Shown: positions 30,583 to 43,449 of the stretch, piece after piece
Layout of the letters: every line of letters starts with the position of its first letter
How positions within the stretch are numbered: position 1 is the stretch's first letter
NCBI GenBank assembly: GCA_963797555.1
Contig: CAWCPV010000007.1
Span: 96,001 to 160,000 of the forward strand
Direction of reading: 5' to 3'
Origin: an uncultured Gammaproteobacteria bacterium
Lineage (GTDB): Bacteria > Pseudomonadota > Gammaproteobacteria > CAWCPV01
DNA length: 64,000 bases
The notes under the pieces: model-generated
Databases searched by the model: none
What the model saw: only the letters and a program-made list of their open reading frames with translations
What the model was told of the DNA's origin: nothing
Translations under genes and position numbers: made by a program

Positions 30583-31927
30583 TCAGGACCTGGTCAGACG
30601 GTCCTCCAGGTAGCGGACATCCACCCCTCCGGCCTGAAAGCCCGCGTCCTCGAAAATGTCTTGGTGGAGTGCAATGTTGGTCTTGATACCCTCGATGACC
30701 AGCTCACTGAGGGCGGTGCGCATGCGCGCAAGAGCGGCGACCCGCGTGTCGCCGTGCGCAATGACCTTGCCTAGCATGGAGTCGTAATAGGGGGGGACCA
30801 CGTAGCCGCTATAGATATAGGCGTCGACGCGGATGCCCGGCCCGCCAGGTGCATGAAACAGCTTGATGAGCCCCGGTGAGGGGGCAAAGGTCCATGGGTC
30901 TTCGGCATTGATGCGACATTCGACGGCGTGACCCCGCAGCACAATATCCTTCTGGCGATAGGATAGCTCCTGACCCGAAGCGATGAGGAGCTGTTCACGC
31001 ACGATATCCACCCCGGTGACCATCTCCGTCACCGGGTGCTCGACCTGGATACGGGTGTTCATCTCGATGAAATAGAACTGACCATCGGCGTACAGAAATT
31101 CGAAGGTGCCCGCGCTACGGTAGCCTATCTCTCGACATGCCTGCACGCAGCGCTCACCGATGCGGTGACGCTGCCGCTCCGTGATCCCCGGCGCCGGTGC
31201 CTCCTCCACGACCTTCTGGTGACGACGCTGCATCGAGCAGTCCCGCTCCCCGAGAATGGATGCCGTGTCCGTGCTGGTCCGCGAGGACCTGGACCTCGAT
31301 ATGTCGAGGGTTTTCCAGGAACTTCTCCAGGTAGAGCGTGCCGTTGCCGAAGGCGGCCATGGCCTCGGCCTGAGTCAGTGCGATGGCGTTCGGCAGGGCC
31401 GCTTCGTTGTGCACGACCCGCATGCCGCGTCCTCCTCCTCCGCCCGCCGCCTTGATGATCACCGGATAGCCGATCTCTCGCGCCACATGACGATTCTCAT
31501 CGGGGTCCTCCCCCAGGGGGCCATCCGACCCCGGCAAACAAGGGACGCCCGCGCGCTGCATGGCCCGCTTCGCTGAGATCTTGTCCCCCATCAGCTCGAT
31601 GGTTTCCGGTCGCGGTCCGATGAAGACGAAGCCGCTCTGTTCGACTCGCTCGGCAAAATCGGTGTTCTCGGAGAGAAAACCGTAGCCGGGGTGGATGGCG
31701 ACGGCATCCGAAACCTCGGCGGCGCTGATGACGGCGGGAACGTTGAGGTAGCTGTCGCGGGAATGCGGCGGGCCAATGCAGACCGATTCATCGGCGAGGC
31801 GCACGTGGATGAGGTCGCGATCCGCCGTGGAGTGCACGGCGACCGTCTTGATGCCCAATTCCCGACAGGCTCGCAGCACGCGCAGGGCGATCTCCCCGCG
31901 GTTGGCGATGACGACCTTTTCCAGCAT
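30583..31927 (-). CDS. accC: Biotin carboxylase (1-bp insertion near 31255)
   Basis: [48 protein letters not shown]. Confidence 0.96.
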
Positions 31928-32380
31928 TTACTGGATCACGAATAATGGCTGGCCGTACTCGACGGGCTGACCGTTCTCCACCAGAATCGCTGCCACCACG
32001 CCGGCCTGGTCGGCCTCGATCTGATTCAGCATCTTCATGGCCTCGATGATGCAGAGGGTCTGGCCGACCTCCACGCGTTGTCCTTCCTCGACGAAGGCTT
32101 TGGCTCCAGGGGCGGGAGCACAGTAGAACGTTCCCACCATCGGCGAGGTCACTTGGTGCCCGGGCGGAATGGATTCCTCCTGCGTCTCCTCGGGCGGCGG
32201 CGGGTAGTCGCCCGTAACCGAAGTGCTGGGCGGCGGCTGGGCAATAAAGGGTGCAAATGGCGCCTGCGGCGAGCGCCGCGATAGACGCACCATTGCTTCG
32301 CCCTCCTTCATCTCTATCTCGACGATGTCCGAGTCCTGCATCAGCTCGATCAGCTTGCGCAGCTTCCGAATGTCCATCAA
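31928..32380 (-). CDS. accB: Biotin carboxyl carrier protein
   Basis: [25 protein letters not shown]. Confidence 0.97.
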   Translation of the reverse strand: MMDIRKLRKLIELMQDSDIVEIEMKEGEAMVRLSRRSPQAPFAPFIAQPPPSTSVTGDYPPPPEETQEESIPPGHQVTSPMVGTFYCAPAPGAKAFVEEGQRVEVGQTLCIIEAMKMLNQIEADQAGVVAAILVENGQPVEYGQPLFVIQ

Positions 32381-32847
32381 GGGGCTTCCTGCTTGTCATG
32401 CTTGCCGTTGTCCGCCAAACGGGTGATGGCCGCCCGCAGGGCGAGTTCGTAGCCGATTGGCCCGAGCCCAGTGATCACACCGACCGCGATGTCGGAAAGG
32501 TAGGAGGGATGGCGAAACGGCTCTCGCCGATAGATGTTTGAGATGTGGATCTCTATGAACGGGATGGCTACTCCGAGGAGGGCATCGCGCAATGCAATAC
32601 TGGTGTGGGTAAAAGCGGCCGCGTTGATGAGGATGAAAGCGACGCCCTCCTCGGAGGCGGCATGGATGCGCTCGATCAGTTCATGCTCGGCGTTCGTCTG
32701 AAAGGCTTTCAGGCTATGACCTGAGGCTCGGGCTACCTCCTCGAGGCGACGATTGATCGCATCCAGGGTCAGCATGCCGTAAAGCTCCGGCTCGCGCCGA
32801 CCTAAGAGGTTCAGGTTCGGTCCGTGTAATACCCAGACCGTTGCCAT
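32377..32847 (-). CDS. aroQ: Type II 3-dehydroquinate dehydratase
   Basis: [33 protein letters not shown]. Confidence 0.97.
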   Translation of the reverse strand: MATVWVLHGPNLNLLGRREPELYGMLTLDAINRRLEEVARASGHSLKAFQTNAEHELIERIHAASEEGVAFILINAAAFTHTSIALRDALLGVAIPFIEIHISNIYRREPFRHPSYLSDIAVGVITGLGPIGYELALRAAITRLADNGKHDKQEAP

Positions 32848-33095
32848 CTAGCTTGGGTGGTCTGGGCGGGGAAATTCGCGGGGCGCCTCGTGCACCTTCG
32901 GGAACCTCTGAATGTCTCGTGGAATGGGAATCGCGAGAGGCCCCCCAGGCATCGCCCGCAGCAGGCGTTCCGCTAGGCCCTGCTTGGACCGGCGACCATG
33001 TCCCAGAGCAGCAACGCAGATCTTGCACAAAAGGACGAAACTTGTCCAGAACGTTCACGATTTAGCCTCGTTCCATGCTCGTGGGCCGCACTTTC

Positions 33096-33671
33096 TTACA
33101 GAAGAGGCAGCAGGAGCTTCTCAGCCTGCCGACTCGACAGTTCGCCGACCTGAACGTGGGCGACGCGCGCTTGGCGGTCAACGATCGCGGTGAAGGGCAA
33201 GACGCCTAGGGCGTTGCCCAACCGCTCCGAGAGCTGTATCGCATCCTGGTTACCGACGAGCACCGGGTAGTTGATATCCCTCCCATGCATGAACTCTTGC
33301 ACCTGGGCCAAGTCGTCGATGGCGATGCCGATGAACTGCAGCCCACGGCTGCCGTAGCGCTTCTGGAGCTGGACGAAGCTCGGGATTTCCTTAAGGCATG
33401 GGGGGCACCATGTGGCCCAGAAGTTGAGGACCACGACCTTGCCCAGCCACTCGTGGGCCGTGTGCGGTCTCCCTTGAGTATCGCGCAGCGCGAAGTCTGG
33501 GAGGGCCTCCCCCACGACGGCTCGCCCATCAGTCGCTGACCCTTCGTGCTGCCGCTGTTGCAAGAGATAGCCGCCCGCCGCACCCAATGCGACCACGGCT
33601 ATCAGCAGCGATGCCAGGCGTGCCCGAGGCAAACGACAGCTACCCGAGAGCCGAACGCACCAAGAGGGCAA
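33096..33671 (-). CDS. TlpA-family thiol:disulfide oxidoreductase (start approximate)
   Basis: Transmembrane anchor, then GKVVVLNFWATWCPPCLKEIP. Confidence 0.9.
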   Translation of the reverse strand: MPSWCVRLSGSCRLPRARLASLLIAVVALGAAGGYLLQQRQHEGSATDGRAVVGEALPDFALRDTQGRPHTAHEWLGKVVVLNFWATWCPPCLKEIPSFVQLQKRYGSRGLQFIGIAIDDLAQVQEFMHGRDINYPVLVGNQDAIQLSERLGNALGVLPFTAIVDRQARVAHVQVGELSSRQAEKLLLPLL

Positions 33672-35860
33672 ACCGGTCTGGACCGAGGTAGCCCACCAGG
33701 CGATGCTGGCGGCTTTCCTCGCCGTTTGCCCTGTAGAACAGGGTGGCGGGTGGTCCGATAAGCTCCAGGCGCTTGAGCAGAGCCTTGTCTTGGGGGTCGT
33801 TTGCGGTCACGTCGGCCTGCAGCAGAAGCACCCCCGACAACGTCCGGCGCACTGCCGGGTCTGAAAACGTGTACTTCTCCATGCGCTTGCACTCGATACA
33901 CCAATCCGCGTAGAAATCCAGTATTGCCGGCTGGTTACGTGACTTTGCCGCGGCCAGCTCCCGCTGTAAGTCGTCTATGGTCTTGATGCGCTGGAAGGCA
34001 AGGTGCGTGACGGCCGGTGCGTCTGCACTCCCTTTGCCGAGACCTGTCAAGGGACGCCACACATCTTCTCCGCCCATAGCTGCTCCGACGAGCAGGACCG
34101 AACCGTACAGCAGGGACATCCACCCGATACCTTTCCACAGCTTGCGCCAGCCACTTCCGCCACGTATCGGTTCCAGGGCGCCGAGGTAGACACCGCAAAC
34201 CACCAGCAGCGCTCCCCACAGCGCGAGACTGATCGCAGGGGGGACGATGCGCTCGAGCGTCCAGATCGCGAGTCCGAGCAGAACCACTCCGAACACCGCC
34301 TTGACGCTGTCCATCCATGGACCCGCCTTCGGGAGCAGCTTGCCTGCCGAGGCCCCCACCGCGAGCAGTGGAGTCCCCCATACCCAGACTCATGGCGAAC
34401 AAGGCCGTACCGCCGAGCACGGCGTCGCCGCTGTGACCGATGTAGATAAGCGCACCGGCCAGGGGCGGCGCAACGCAGGGGCCCACGATGAGAGCGGAAA
34501 GGAACCCCATCAGCGCGACCCCCATTGATGAGCCGCCGCGCTGACGGCTACTGAGCTGAGTCAGCTTGCTCTGCCAATCGCTTGGAAGCTGGAGTTCATA
34601 GAAGCCGAACATGGACAACGCGAGGAGCACGAAGACGACGCTGAAGGTGCCCAACAGCCACGGATTCTGGAACGTCGCCTGCAGGTTTTCCCCGAACAAG
34701 CCAGCGACCACCCCCGCCGCCGTGTAGGTGATCGCCATGGCGAGCACGTATACGACCGATAACGACAAGGCGCGCGCCATGGTGATGCCGCGGCCTTGGC
34801 CTACGATGATACTGGACAGGATGGGTATCATGGGGAACACACAAGGTGTAAACGCCAGCAGCAGGCCGAAGAGGAAGAACGAAGCCAGCACCAGGGGGGT
34901 GCTCCCGCTCGCGAGGGAGCCCGCGATCCGGTCCTGTTCTGGCAAAGGTGTAGCGACCCCGGCGGTCGGGGTTGGGGGCTTCGACGCTGCGGCGGCGGGT
35001 AAGGAGAAGGATGCCTCTTTCGTGATGGGCGGATAACAGAGGCCTGCCTCCGCGCAGCCCTGGTAGGTGATCTTCAGGGTGAGCGGCGTGCTGGCCGTCG
35101 CTGCGCCGCTTCGGATCAAGGGAATGCGTACCTGCAGATGGTGATGGTAAACCTCGGTGTCCCCGAGAAACTCGTCGTGCTTGGTCTCGCCCACTGGCAT
35201 CTCGACGCGGCCCAGCTCCACGTTGGGTGCGTCGACGGCTTGGAGCTTCAGCCGGTCCCGATAGAGGTAGTAGCCGTCCGCGATCTCCCACCGTGCCAGA
35301 AGCGCATTGGGCCCTGCCAGCTCCGTGGAGAGAACGAAAGCCTGGTCGGGATCCAGGAAGTCGCGTTGCTCGCTTCCGAGTCCCAGCTTGTGTCCGAGGT
35401 TTTGGAGGGAGACCGGGGCTTCTTCTGGGCGGCTGGCCTCGGCGAGGACCAGACCGACCCGCTCGGTCGAGGCCGGATAGCAGACGTCAAGGTCGGCGCA
35501 GCCCTGGTACCTCACGCTGATGGCGAGGGGTGCCCCTGACCGCCCACCCTGAACCGGCGCTTCTAGCGAGAAGCGGTGCGGGTCGGTCTCTACCTCCCGA
35601 AGCGTCTTGTCCTTCGTCATCGCCCCCCCCGGCATCCGAGTGTCTGCCAGGCTCATGCCTTGGGTCGATGATGACAAATTGAGATGCTTTCCGTGCGGGT
35701 AGTACCCGTCGCCGACGACCCAGTCCGCTCGCACTGCACGGGCGTGGTCGGCTTGCGCATGGAACCGGAAAGCTTGGCCCGGCTCCAGGACATTCTGTGC
35801 CTGCGCCGACCCGGCAACCCAGGGACAAAGCAGCAACGGGGCAAGCAGCAGCCTCATCAA
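33640..35860 (-). CDS. dsbD: Thiol:disulfide interchange protein DsbD (homopolymer frameshift near 34375)
   Basis: YQGCAEAGLCYPP, LAFTPCVFPM, GPCVAPPL, DFYADWCIEC. Confidence 0.94.
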
Positions 35861-35873
35861 GACTTGTGCTCCC

Positions 35874-36206
35874 TCACTTCTCCATCACTTCCCGGATCCA
35901 ACTGAGGTAGGCCGGGGACCCGGCAGTGATAGGGACCGCGACCACTTCGGGAAGTTCGTAGGGGTGTAGCTCCAGCAAGCGGGCTTGCAGCGCGGTATAG
36001 GCGCGCACCTCAGACTTGCAGACGAGGAGATGCTCGGTGCCCCTTTCCACGTGTCCGTCCCACCAATAGACGGAACGGACGCCCGGAACGATGTTCACGC
36101 ATGCCGCAAGCCGTTGTTCGACGATGGTGCCGGCGATGCGCTCGGCAGTCTCCGCGTCGGGACAGTTGCATAGCACGATGTGAAAGGGTGTGGTGTCGAG
36201 CTCCAT
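35874..36206 (-). CDS. cutA: Divalent-cation tolerance protein CutA
   Basis: NCPD..RLAACVNI..SVYWW..HPYELPE. Confidence 0.93.
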   Translation of the reverse strand: MELDTTPFHIVLCNCPDAETAERIAGTIVEQRLAACVNIVPGVRSVYWWDGHVERGTEHLLVCKSEVRAYTALQARLLELHPYELPEVVAVPITAGSPAYLSWIREVMEK

Positions 36207-36451
36207 GACCGCATGCAGGTGTCTGCCGGGCGCAACGCTAAGCATACCAGGCTAGCAGTTTTCGATGCGTGGTGTCTTTAGGAGTGGGCAAGCGCTGGCA
36301 GCGCCGCTCCTGCGGCTTTGCCGGGGCGGCCCCAAGTGCGAAGTGACATAGTATCCAGTCCGGATAGCGGGAGAAGACACGAGCCCAAGAAGGTCGGTGG
36401 ATGATAAGTTTCAGTAGCTAATCCATAAAAAAATAATATGGCGCGCGGCCC

Positions 36452-36505
36452 TTGACTCCGTCGCTTTCGGTCCTATCATTAGCACTCGCGTAAGCTGAGT
36501 GCTAA
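36452..36505 (+). promoter_or_regulatory. groESL promoter with perfect CIRCE element (HrcA operator)
   Basis: TTGACT-N16-TATCAT overlapping TTAGCACTC-N9-GAGTGCTAA at 36479-36505. Confidence 0.95.
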
Positions 36506-36564
36506 CAGCATGGGCACAAAGCTTCATAACCCACGGTTCTCGTCAATTTGGATGGGAGGCATGT

Positions 36565-36855
36565 ATGAACCTGCGTCCGTTGCATGATCGCGTGATCATC
36601 AAGCGTTTGGAGGAAGAGCGTAGGTCCGCTGGCGGCATCGTGATCCCCGACACCGCGGCTGAGAAGCCGATTCGTGGCGAGGTGATGGCTGTCGGAAACG
36701 GCAAGATCCTTGAAGATGGCAGTGTACGGCCTCTCGCCGTCAAGGTCGGCGACAAGGTGCTGTTCGGCAAGTATGCCGGGACCGAGGTCAAGGTTGAGGG
36801 TGAAGAGCTATTGGTGATGCGCGAAGAAGACATCATGGCGGTCATCGAGGGCTGA
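36565..36855 (+). CDS. groES: Co-chaperonin GroES
   Basis: [24 protein letters not shown]. Confidence 0.98.
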   Translation: MNLRPLHDRVIIKRLEEERRSAGGIVIPDTAAEKPIRGEVMAVGNGKILEDGSVRPLAVKVGDKVLFGKYAGTEVKVEGEELLVMREEDIMAVIEG

Positions 36856-36888
36856 ATGACGTTACGCGTACCTAAAGCGGCTGAATAG

Positions 36889-38544
<1,656 letters not shown>

Positions 38545-38570
38545 TGTAACGTCAGTTCGAGCTGTGGTAC

Positions 38571-38605
38571 AGGCCCTACCCGAGCAGGGTAGGGCCTTAT
38601 TTTTT
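38571..38605 (+). terminator. Intrinsic terminator after groEL
   Basis: AGGCCCTACCC-gagca-GGGTAGGGCCT followed by TATTTTTT. Confidence 0.9.
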
Positions 38606-38675
38606 GGGCACTTCTGCATGGTGCCGGTTCGCCGTTCGTGTTGCGCCCCCTGCCGGCAGCCGAGGATGCATTCGA

Positions 38676-41633
38676 ATGGTCCCGCCGCCCGAGCCTCCGT
38701 CCCGCAGACCGACTCTGCTCCCGCTGTCCCCGGTGCGGATTCCCGGCGTGCTACGCGCCCGCGTCGAACGCTATCAAGAAGACTTCCTGCGGGCGTTGGA
38801 GGAGCACGGGCTGGCAGAGCCATCGGCGGACCTGGGGCCGGCCCTTCCGTACCTTTGGGCCTATAGCGACTTCCTGGCCCAGGCCGCTGTGCGCCAACCC
38901 GACCTCATCCTGTCCCTGTGGGAAAGCGGCGACGCGACGCGCCCTTACCGACCCGACGAGTACGCCCAGCGCTTGAAGCAGTCCCTGTCGGGGATACCGA
39001 ACGAGCCCGAGCTGGCACGGGCGCTACGCAGGTTTCGCCAGCGCGAAATGGTCCGCATCGGTTGGCGCGATCTTGCCGGCTGGTCGCCGCTCGAGGAGAC
39101 GATGCTCGAGCTTTCATGGCTGGCGGAAGCCGTTCTGGAAGCGTCCCTGGAACGGCTGTACCTGTGGTTCTCCCAGGAGTGGGGCCGCCCGATGGGAGAG
39201 AGCGGGAAAGAGCAGCAACTCGTCGTCGTGGCCCTGGGCAAGCTCGGCGCCTGGGAGCTGAACTTCTCCTCCGATGTCGACTTGGTCTTCGCTTACCCGG
39301 AAGAGGGCGAGACCGTTGGGGGAGCGCGACCCCTGACGGTCCACGAGTTCTTCACGCGGCTCGGGCAGCACCTCGTGCAGTTGCTGTCCACGCCCTCACC
39401 CGAGGGCCGAGTCTTTCGCATGGATATGCGGCTGCGTCCGTTTGGCGACAGCGGTCCGCTCGTGACGGGCTTTGACGCCATGGAGAGCTACTATCAAACG
39501 CATGGGCGGGACTGGGAGCGTTACGCCTGGGTCAAGGCGCGGCCGGTGGCAGGAGACCGGCGGGCCGGGGAACAGTTGATGAGCATCCTGCGGCCGTTCG
39601 TTTATCGGCGATATTTCGACTATGGTGCTTTCGAGTCTCTGCGGCAGATGAAGCAGCTCATTCGCCAGGAAGTGCGGCGCAAGGGACTGGAGGGCAATAT
39701 CAAGCTCGGCGCTGGAGGTATACGGGAGATCGAGTTCACCGCGCAGGTATTCCAGTTGGTGCGTGGAGGGAGGGTGCCCCAGCTCCGTGAGCAGCGCTTG
39801 CTGAGAGTGCTGCAGCTTCTCGCAAGCCGCGGCCACCTACCGCCCTCTGCGTGCCGAGAGCTGGCCGATGCTTATGTGTTTCTGCGCATGGTGGAGCACC
39901 GATTGCAGGAGGCCGGCGACCAGCAGACGCACGAGCTTCCCGAGGACGAGGTGCTGCGTGCGCAGTTGGCATGCAGTTTGGGGTTCGTCGACTGGGCTGC
40001 TTTCCGGCAGGTCCTAGACGGCCACCGTGCACGGGTCCAAAGACATTTTGAACAGGTGTTCGTTGACCCTCAAGGCGGAACGCCAGCTCAGAAGGAGGGG
40101 CGCCCGGCGGCCGCCTTCGCTGCCATCTGGGCAGGGTCTTTGGAAGGCCAAGATGCGGTCGACGCGCTGGAATCGGCGGGGTTCCTGCCGCCTGAAGAAT
40201 CTCTGGAGAGCTTGGTGCGGCTGCGCGAATCGCACAGCGTCCGTTCCCTGAGCGAAACGGGCAGAGAGCGGCTCGGCGTTCTGGTGCCATTGCTTATGGA
40301 TGTCTGTACTCGTCTCCCCACACCTCGCGCTGCCCTGACGCGTGTGCTGACTGTCGTAGAGACCGTCGCGCAGCGTACCGCTTATCTGGCGCTTCTTGTC
40401 GAGAGCTCCCTGGCGCTTTCCCATCTGGTGAAGCTATGCGCAGCCAGTCCCTGGATCACGCGGCTCGTGGCACTTCACCCCATTCTCCTGGACGATCTGT
40501 TAGACCCGAGAAGCCTCTACGCGCCCGTCCAGCGTGATGAGCTGAGCCGGGAGCTACGCGACGACCTGGAGGGGGTCGCTTTCGATGATCTGGAGCAGCA
40601 GATGGAGGTGCTGCGTCACTTCAAACAGTCGCAGGTGTTAAGTGTGGCAGCCGCCGACGTTATGGGGCTGCTCCCGTTGGCGAAGGTGAGCGACCACCTG
40701 AGCGACGTCGCGGAGATCATCCTGGAGCAAGTGCTGACGCTGGCCTGGGAGCACACGGCGCGGCGTCACGGCAGGCCCACTTACGGACAAGACGGCGGAC
40801 GTAAGGGAGCGGACTTTGCCATCGTGGCTTACGGTAAGCTCGGTGGCCGCGAACTCGGATACGGCTCGGACCTGGACCTCGTGTTCCTGCACGACAGCAT
40901 GGGTCAGAACGAGGTGACCGACGGGGAGAGCCCGGTAGACAACCAACTGTTTTTCTCCCGACTTGCGAAGCGTATCATACACATCCTGACGGCCCACACC
41001 CCCTCGGGGGTCCTGTACGAGGTCGATACGCGCTTGCGGCCGGATGGCGGTGCCGGTCTGTTGGTGAGCAGCCTGAATGCTTTTGAGGAATATCAGCGCG
41101 GCCAGGCCTGGACCTGGGAGCATCAGGCGCTGATCCGTGCCCGCGCCGTGGCCGGCAAGGAGGGGGTGCGGAGCGCGTTCAGTGCGGTCCGCGACCGGGT
41201 TCTCAGGCAGCACCGCGAGCGGGCTTTGTTGCGTGAGCATGTGTGCGCCATGCGTGCTCGCATGCAGCGATCGCTCGCGAGCCGCGACCTCGGATATTTC
41301 GATCTGAAGCAGGATACGGGGGGGATCGTCGATATCGAGTTCATTACCCAGTTCGGTGTCCTGGCGTGGGCTCATGCCGAGCCTGCGCTGACGCATTATA
41401 CGGCTACTCTGCCCCTGCTTGAGGAGTTCGCCCGTCGCGGGCTCATGTCCCCGGAAGATACCCACAGACTGGGAGAGGCCTACCGGGCCTATCGTGGCCG
41501 ACTGCATGCACTGACGCTGCAGGGAGACCTCGCGCGCGTCAGCGGGGATGAATTCGCGGAGCACCGGGCGGCGGTCATGGCAGTCTGGCGCGGCCTGTTA
41601 ACGTGTGCGGCCTCAGAGGAGAATCCAGCATGA
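38676..41633 (+). CDS. glnE: Glutamine synthetase adenylyltransferase (start approximate)
   Basis: Two nucleotidyltransferase domains: GKLGAWELNFSSDVDL and YGKLGGRELGYGSDLDL. Confidence 0.96.
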   Translation: MVPPPEPPSRRPTLLPLSPVRIPGVLRARVERYQEDFLRALEEHGLAEPSADLGPALPYLWAYSDFLAQAAVRQPDLILSLWESGDATRPYRPDEYAQRLKQSLSGIPNEPELARALRRFRQREMVRIGWRDLAGWSPLEETMLELSWLAEAVLEASLERLYLWFSQEWGRPMGESGKEQQLVVVALGKLGAWELNFSSDVDLVFAYPEEGETVGGARPLTVHEFFTRLGQHLVQLLSTPSPEGRVFRMDMRLRPFGDSGPLVTGFDAMESYYQTHGRDWERYAWVKARPVAGDRRAGEQLMSILRPFVYRRYFDYGAFESLRQMKQLIRQEVRRKGLEGNIKLGAGGIREIEFTAQVFQLVRGGRVPQLREQRLLRVLQLLASRGHLPPSACRELADAYVFLRMVEHRLQEAGDQQTHELPEDEVLRAQLACSLGFVDWAAFRQVLDGHRARVQRHFEQVFVDPQGGTPAQKEGRPAAAFAAIWAGSLEGQDAVDALESAGFLPPEESLESLVRLRESHSVRSLSETGRERLGVLVPLLMDVCTRLPTPRAALTRVLTVVETVAQRTAYLALLVESSLALSHLVKLCAASPWITRLVALHPILLDDLLDPRSLYAPVQRDELSRELRDDLEGVAFDDLEQQMEVLRHFKQSQVLSVAAADVMGLLPLAKVSDHLSDVAEIILEQVLTLAWEHTARRHGRPTYGQDGGRKGADFAIVAYGKLGGRELGYGSDLDLVFLHDSMGQNEVTDGESPVDNQLFFSRLAKRIIHILTAHTPSGVLYEVDTRLRPDGGAGLLVSSLNAFEEYQRGQAWTWEHQALIRARAVAGKEGVRSAFSAVRDRVLRQHRERALLREHVCAMRARMQRSLASRDLGYFDLKQDTGGIVDIEFITQFGVLAWAHAEPALTHYTATLPLLEEFARRGLMSPEDTHRLGEAYRAYRGRLHALTLQGDLARVSGDEFAEHRAAVMAVWRGLLTCAASEENPA

Positions 41634-42553
41634 GTATGGCGGACCGCGACGGGGTGATTTGGCTGGATGGGGCGCTGATCCCCTGGCGCGAGGCGCGGAT
41701 CCACGTGCTTACCCACACCCTGCACTACGGGATGGGGGTGTTCGAAGGCTTGAGAGCCTACCCTACCCCGCAGGGCACCGCCATATTTCGGCTGCACGCC
41801 CACACGGAGCGGCTATTCCGCTCGGCACACATTTTAGGTATGGCGATCCCGTACGATCGGGAGACGATCGATGGGGCGTGCCGTGCGGTCGTCCGCGAGA
41901 ACGGTCTTGACTCCGCCTACATCCGGCCCTTGTGCTTTTACGGAGCGGAGGGGATGGGACTGCGCGCGGACAACCTGCGCGTGCACGTCGCGGTGGCCGC
42001 TTGGTCTTGGGGCTCCTACCTCGGAGCCGAGGGTCTCGAGAAGGGGATCCGGGTCAAGGCGTCGTCCTATACCCGGCATCACGTGAACATCACCATGTGC
42101 AAGGCGAAGGCAACGGGCAACTATATGAATTCGATGCTGGCACTTCACGAGGCATTGGCCTGCGGTGCGGACGAGGCATTGCTCCTTGACGTGGAGGGCT
42201 ACGTGGCGGAAGGCAGTGGGGAGAACATCTTCATCGCACGCAATGGCGTCCTGCATACCCCCGATCTCACGTCCGCGCTCGATGGGATTACGCGCGACGC
42301 GGTGTTCACCCTGGCGCGCGAAGTGGGTATCGAGGTGCGCGAAAGGCGTATCACGCGCGACGAGGTCTATGTCGCGGAGGAGGCGTTCTTTACCGGCACT
42401 GCCGCCGAAGTGACCCCCATCCGAGAGGTGGATCGCAGGATCATCGGCAACGGCACGCGCGGACCCATCACCGAACAGTTGCAGGCCATGTACTTCGACC
42501 AAGTGCATGGCCGTCGTCGTGAGCACTCCGAATGGCTGTCGCCGGTGGGTTAG
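41630..42553 (+). CDS. ilvE: Branched-chain amino acid aminotransferase
   Basis: HVLTHTLHYGMGVFEG..EGSGENIF..LDGITR..GTAAEVTPI. Confidence 0.97.
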   Translation: MSMADRDGVIWLDGALIPWREARIHVLTHTLHYGMGVFEGLRAYPTPQGTAIFRLHAHTERLFRSAHILGMAIPYDRETIDGACRAVVRENGLDSAYIRPLCFYGAEGMGLRADNLRVHVAVAAWSWGSYLGAEGLEKGIRVKASSYTRHHVNITMCKAKATGNYMNSMLALHEALACGADEALLLDVEGYVAEGSGENIFIARNGVLHTPDLTSALDGITRDAVFTLAREVGIEVRERRITRDEVYVAEEAFFTGTAAEVTPIREVDRRIIGNGTRGPITEQLQAMYFDQVHGRRREHSEWLSPVG

Positions 42554-42603
42554 GATCCTCGGTACTCTGGGACGGATCGCAGCCGAGGAGCCCAGGAGTG
42601 ACC

Positions 42604-42816
42604 ATGACGCAACAACAGGCGGAGACTCCGCTCGCCACCACCTGCTGCATGAAGACCCGCTACGAGGTGACGCGGGCCGACATCCCGGTGCACTGCCCGA
42701 CCGACGAGATGAGCCTCTGGAACGGCCACCCCTGCGTCTATATCCCGCTGGAGGAAGTTGGAGATGAAGGGCGCTGCCCGTACTGCAGCGCGGTGTACGT
42801 GCTGGTGGATGGATGA
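42604..42816 (+). CDS. zf-CHCC zinc-finger protein
   Basis: PVHCP..WNGHPCVYIPL..CPYC; commonly found downstream of ilvE. Confidence 0.85.
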   Translation: MTQQQAETPLATTCCMKTRYEVTRADIPVHCPTDEMSLWNGHPCVYIPLEEVGDEGRCPYCSAVYVLVDG

Positions 42817-42964
42817 TGGCGGCGGGTATTCAGCGGTGTTCGATCCTGGACATGCCTCCCGGATTCTCTTGCCTCTCTGACCGCTGCGAACGCGCCAAAG
42901 CAACGTCCCGAGATTTATACGGGGAGCCTCGACCAAGGGCTCCGTAGGGATGTGACTCAAGCTG

Positions 42965-42981
42965 TCAGAACGAGTATCCGA
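42965..42981. repeat. att core, left copy
   Basis: Exact match to 53224-53240. Confidence 0.85.
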
Positions 42982-43151
42982 GGTAAGCCAATAACCGACA
43001 ACAATGGTCAACACTAGACAGTCAGCTTTTCAATGCCTTACCCTGTTCTAGCTGCTGTCTCGTGTTGGCGAAAATTGACCGAAATTGAGCCCAATTGTCC
43101 CGCCAGTGTCCCACGGCATCGGCCGGAAAGCCGCGTCATTGATGGCACATG

Positions 43152-43441
43152 TCAGAATCGTCCGGGTCCGGGGCGCCTAGGCTCGACGCCATGTATGACC
43201 CACTCGCCGGTGAGCTGGACCGGGCCGCCGTCGCCGGCAAGCTCAACCCGCTCCGTCGCCTTGCCCCAGCCCCGCTCGATGACGAACTGAGCCGCCGCCA
43301 ACCTCACCCGGTCGTTTGAACTCTCGCGCATGAGGGTTTCCACCACAACGAGGGCTTCGGAGGTCTTTGCCCGGCACGCCTCCGCGAGGCTCACTTCTTC
43401 CTCGGTCCGCTTCGGCCGCCCGCCCGGATTTGCCCGACACC
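43152..43441 (-). pseudogene. DUF5681 / small terminase-like phage protein, C-terminal part
   Basis: VSG(fs)NPGGRPKRTEEEVSLAEACRAKTSEAL..DRVRLAAAQFVIERGWGKA. Confidence 0.65.
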
Positions 43442-43449
43442 CGCGCTAT

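Noticed and set aside
30583-35860. accC and dsbD as pseudogenes or programmed frameshifts
   Set aside because: These are single indels in otherwise intact conserved genes, one of them in a G homopolymer. Sequencing error is more parsimonious.
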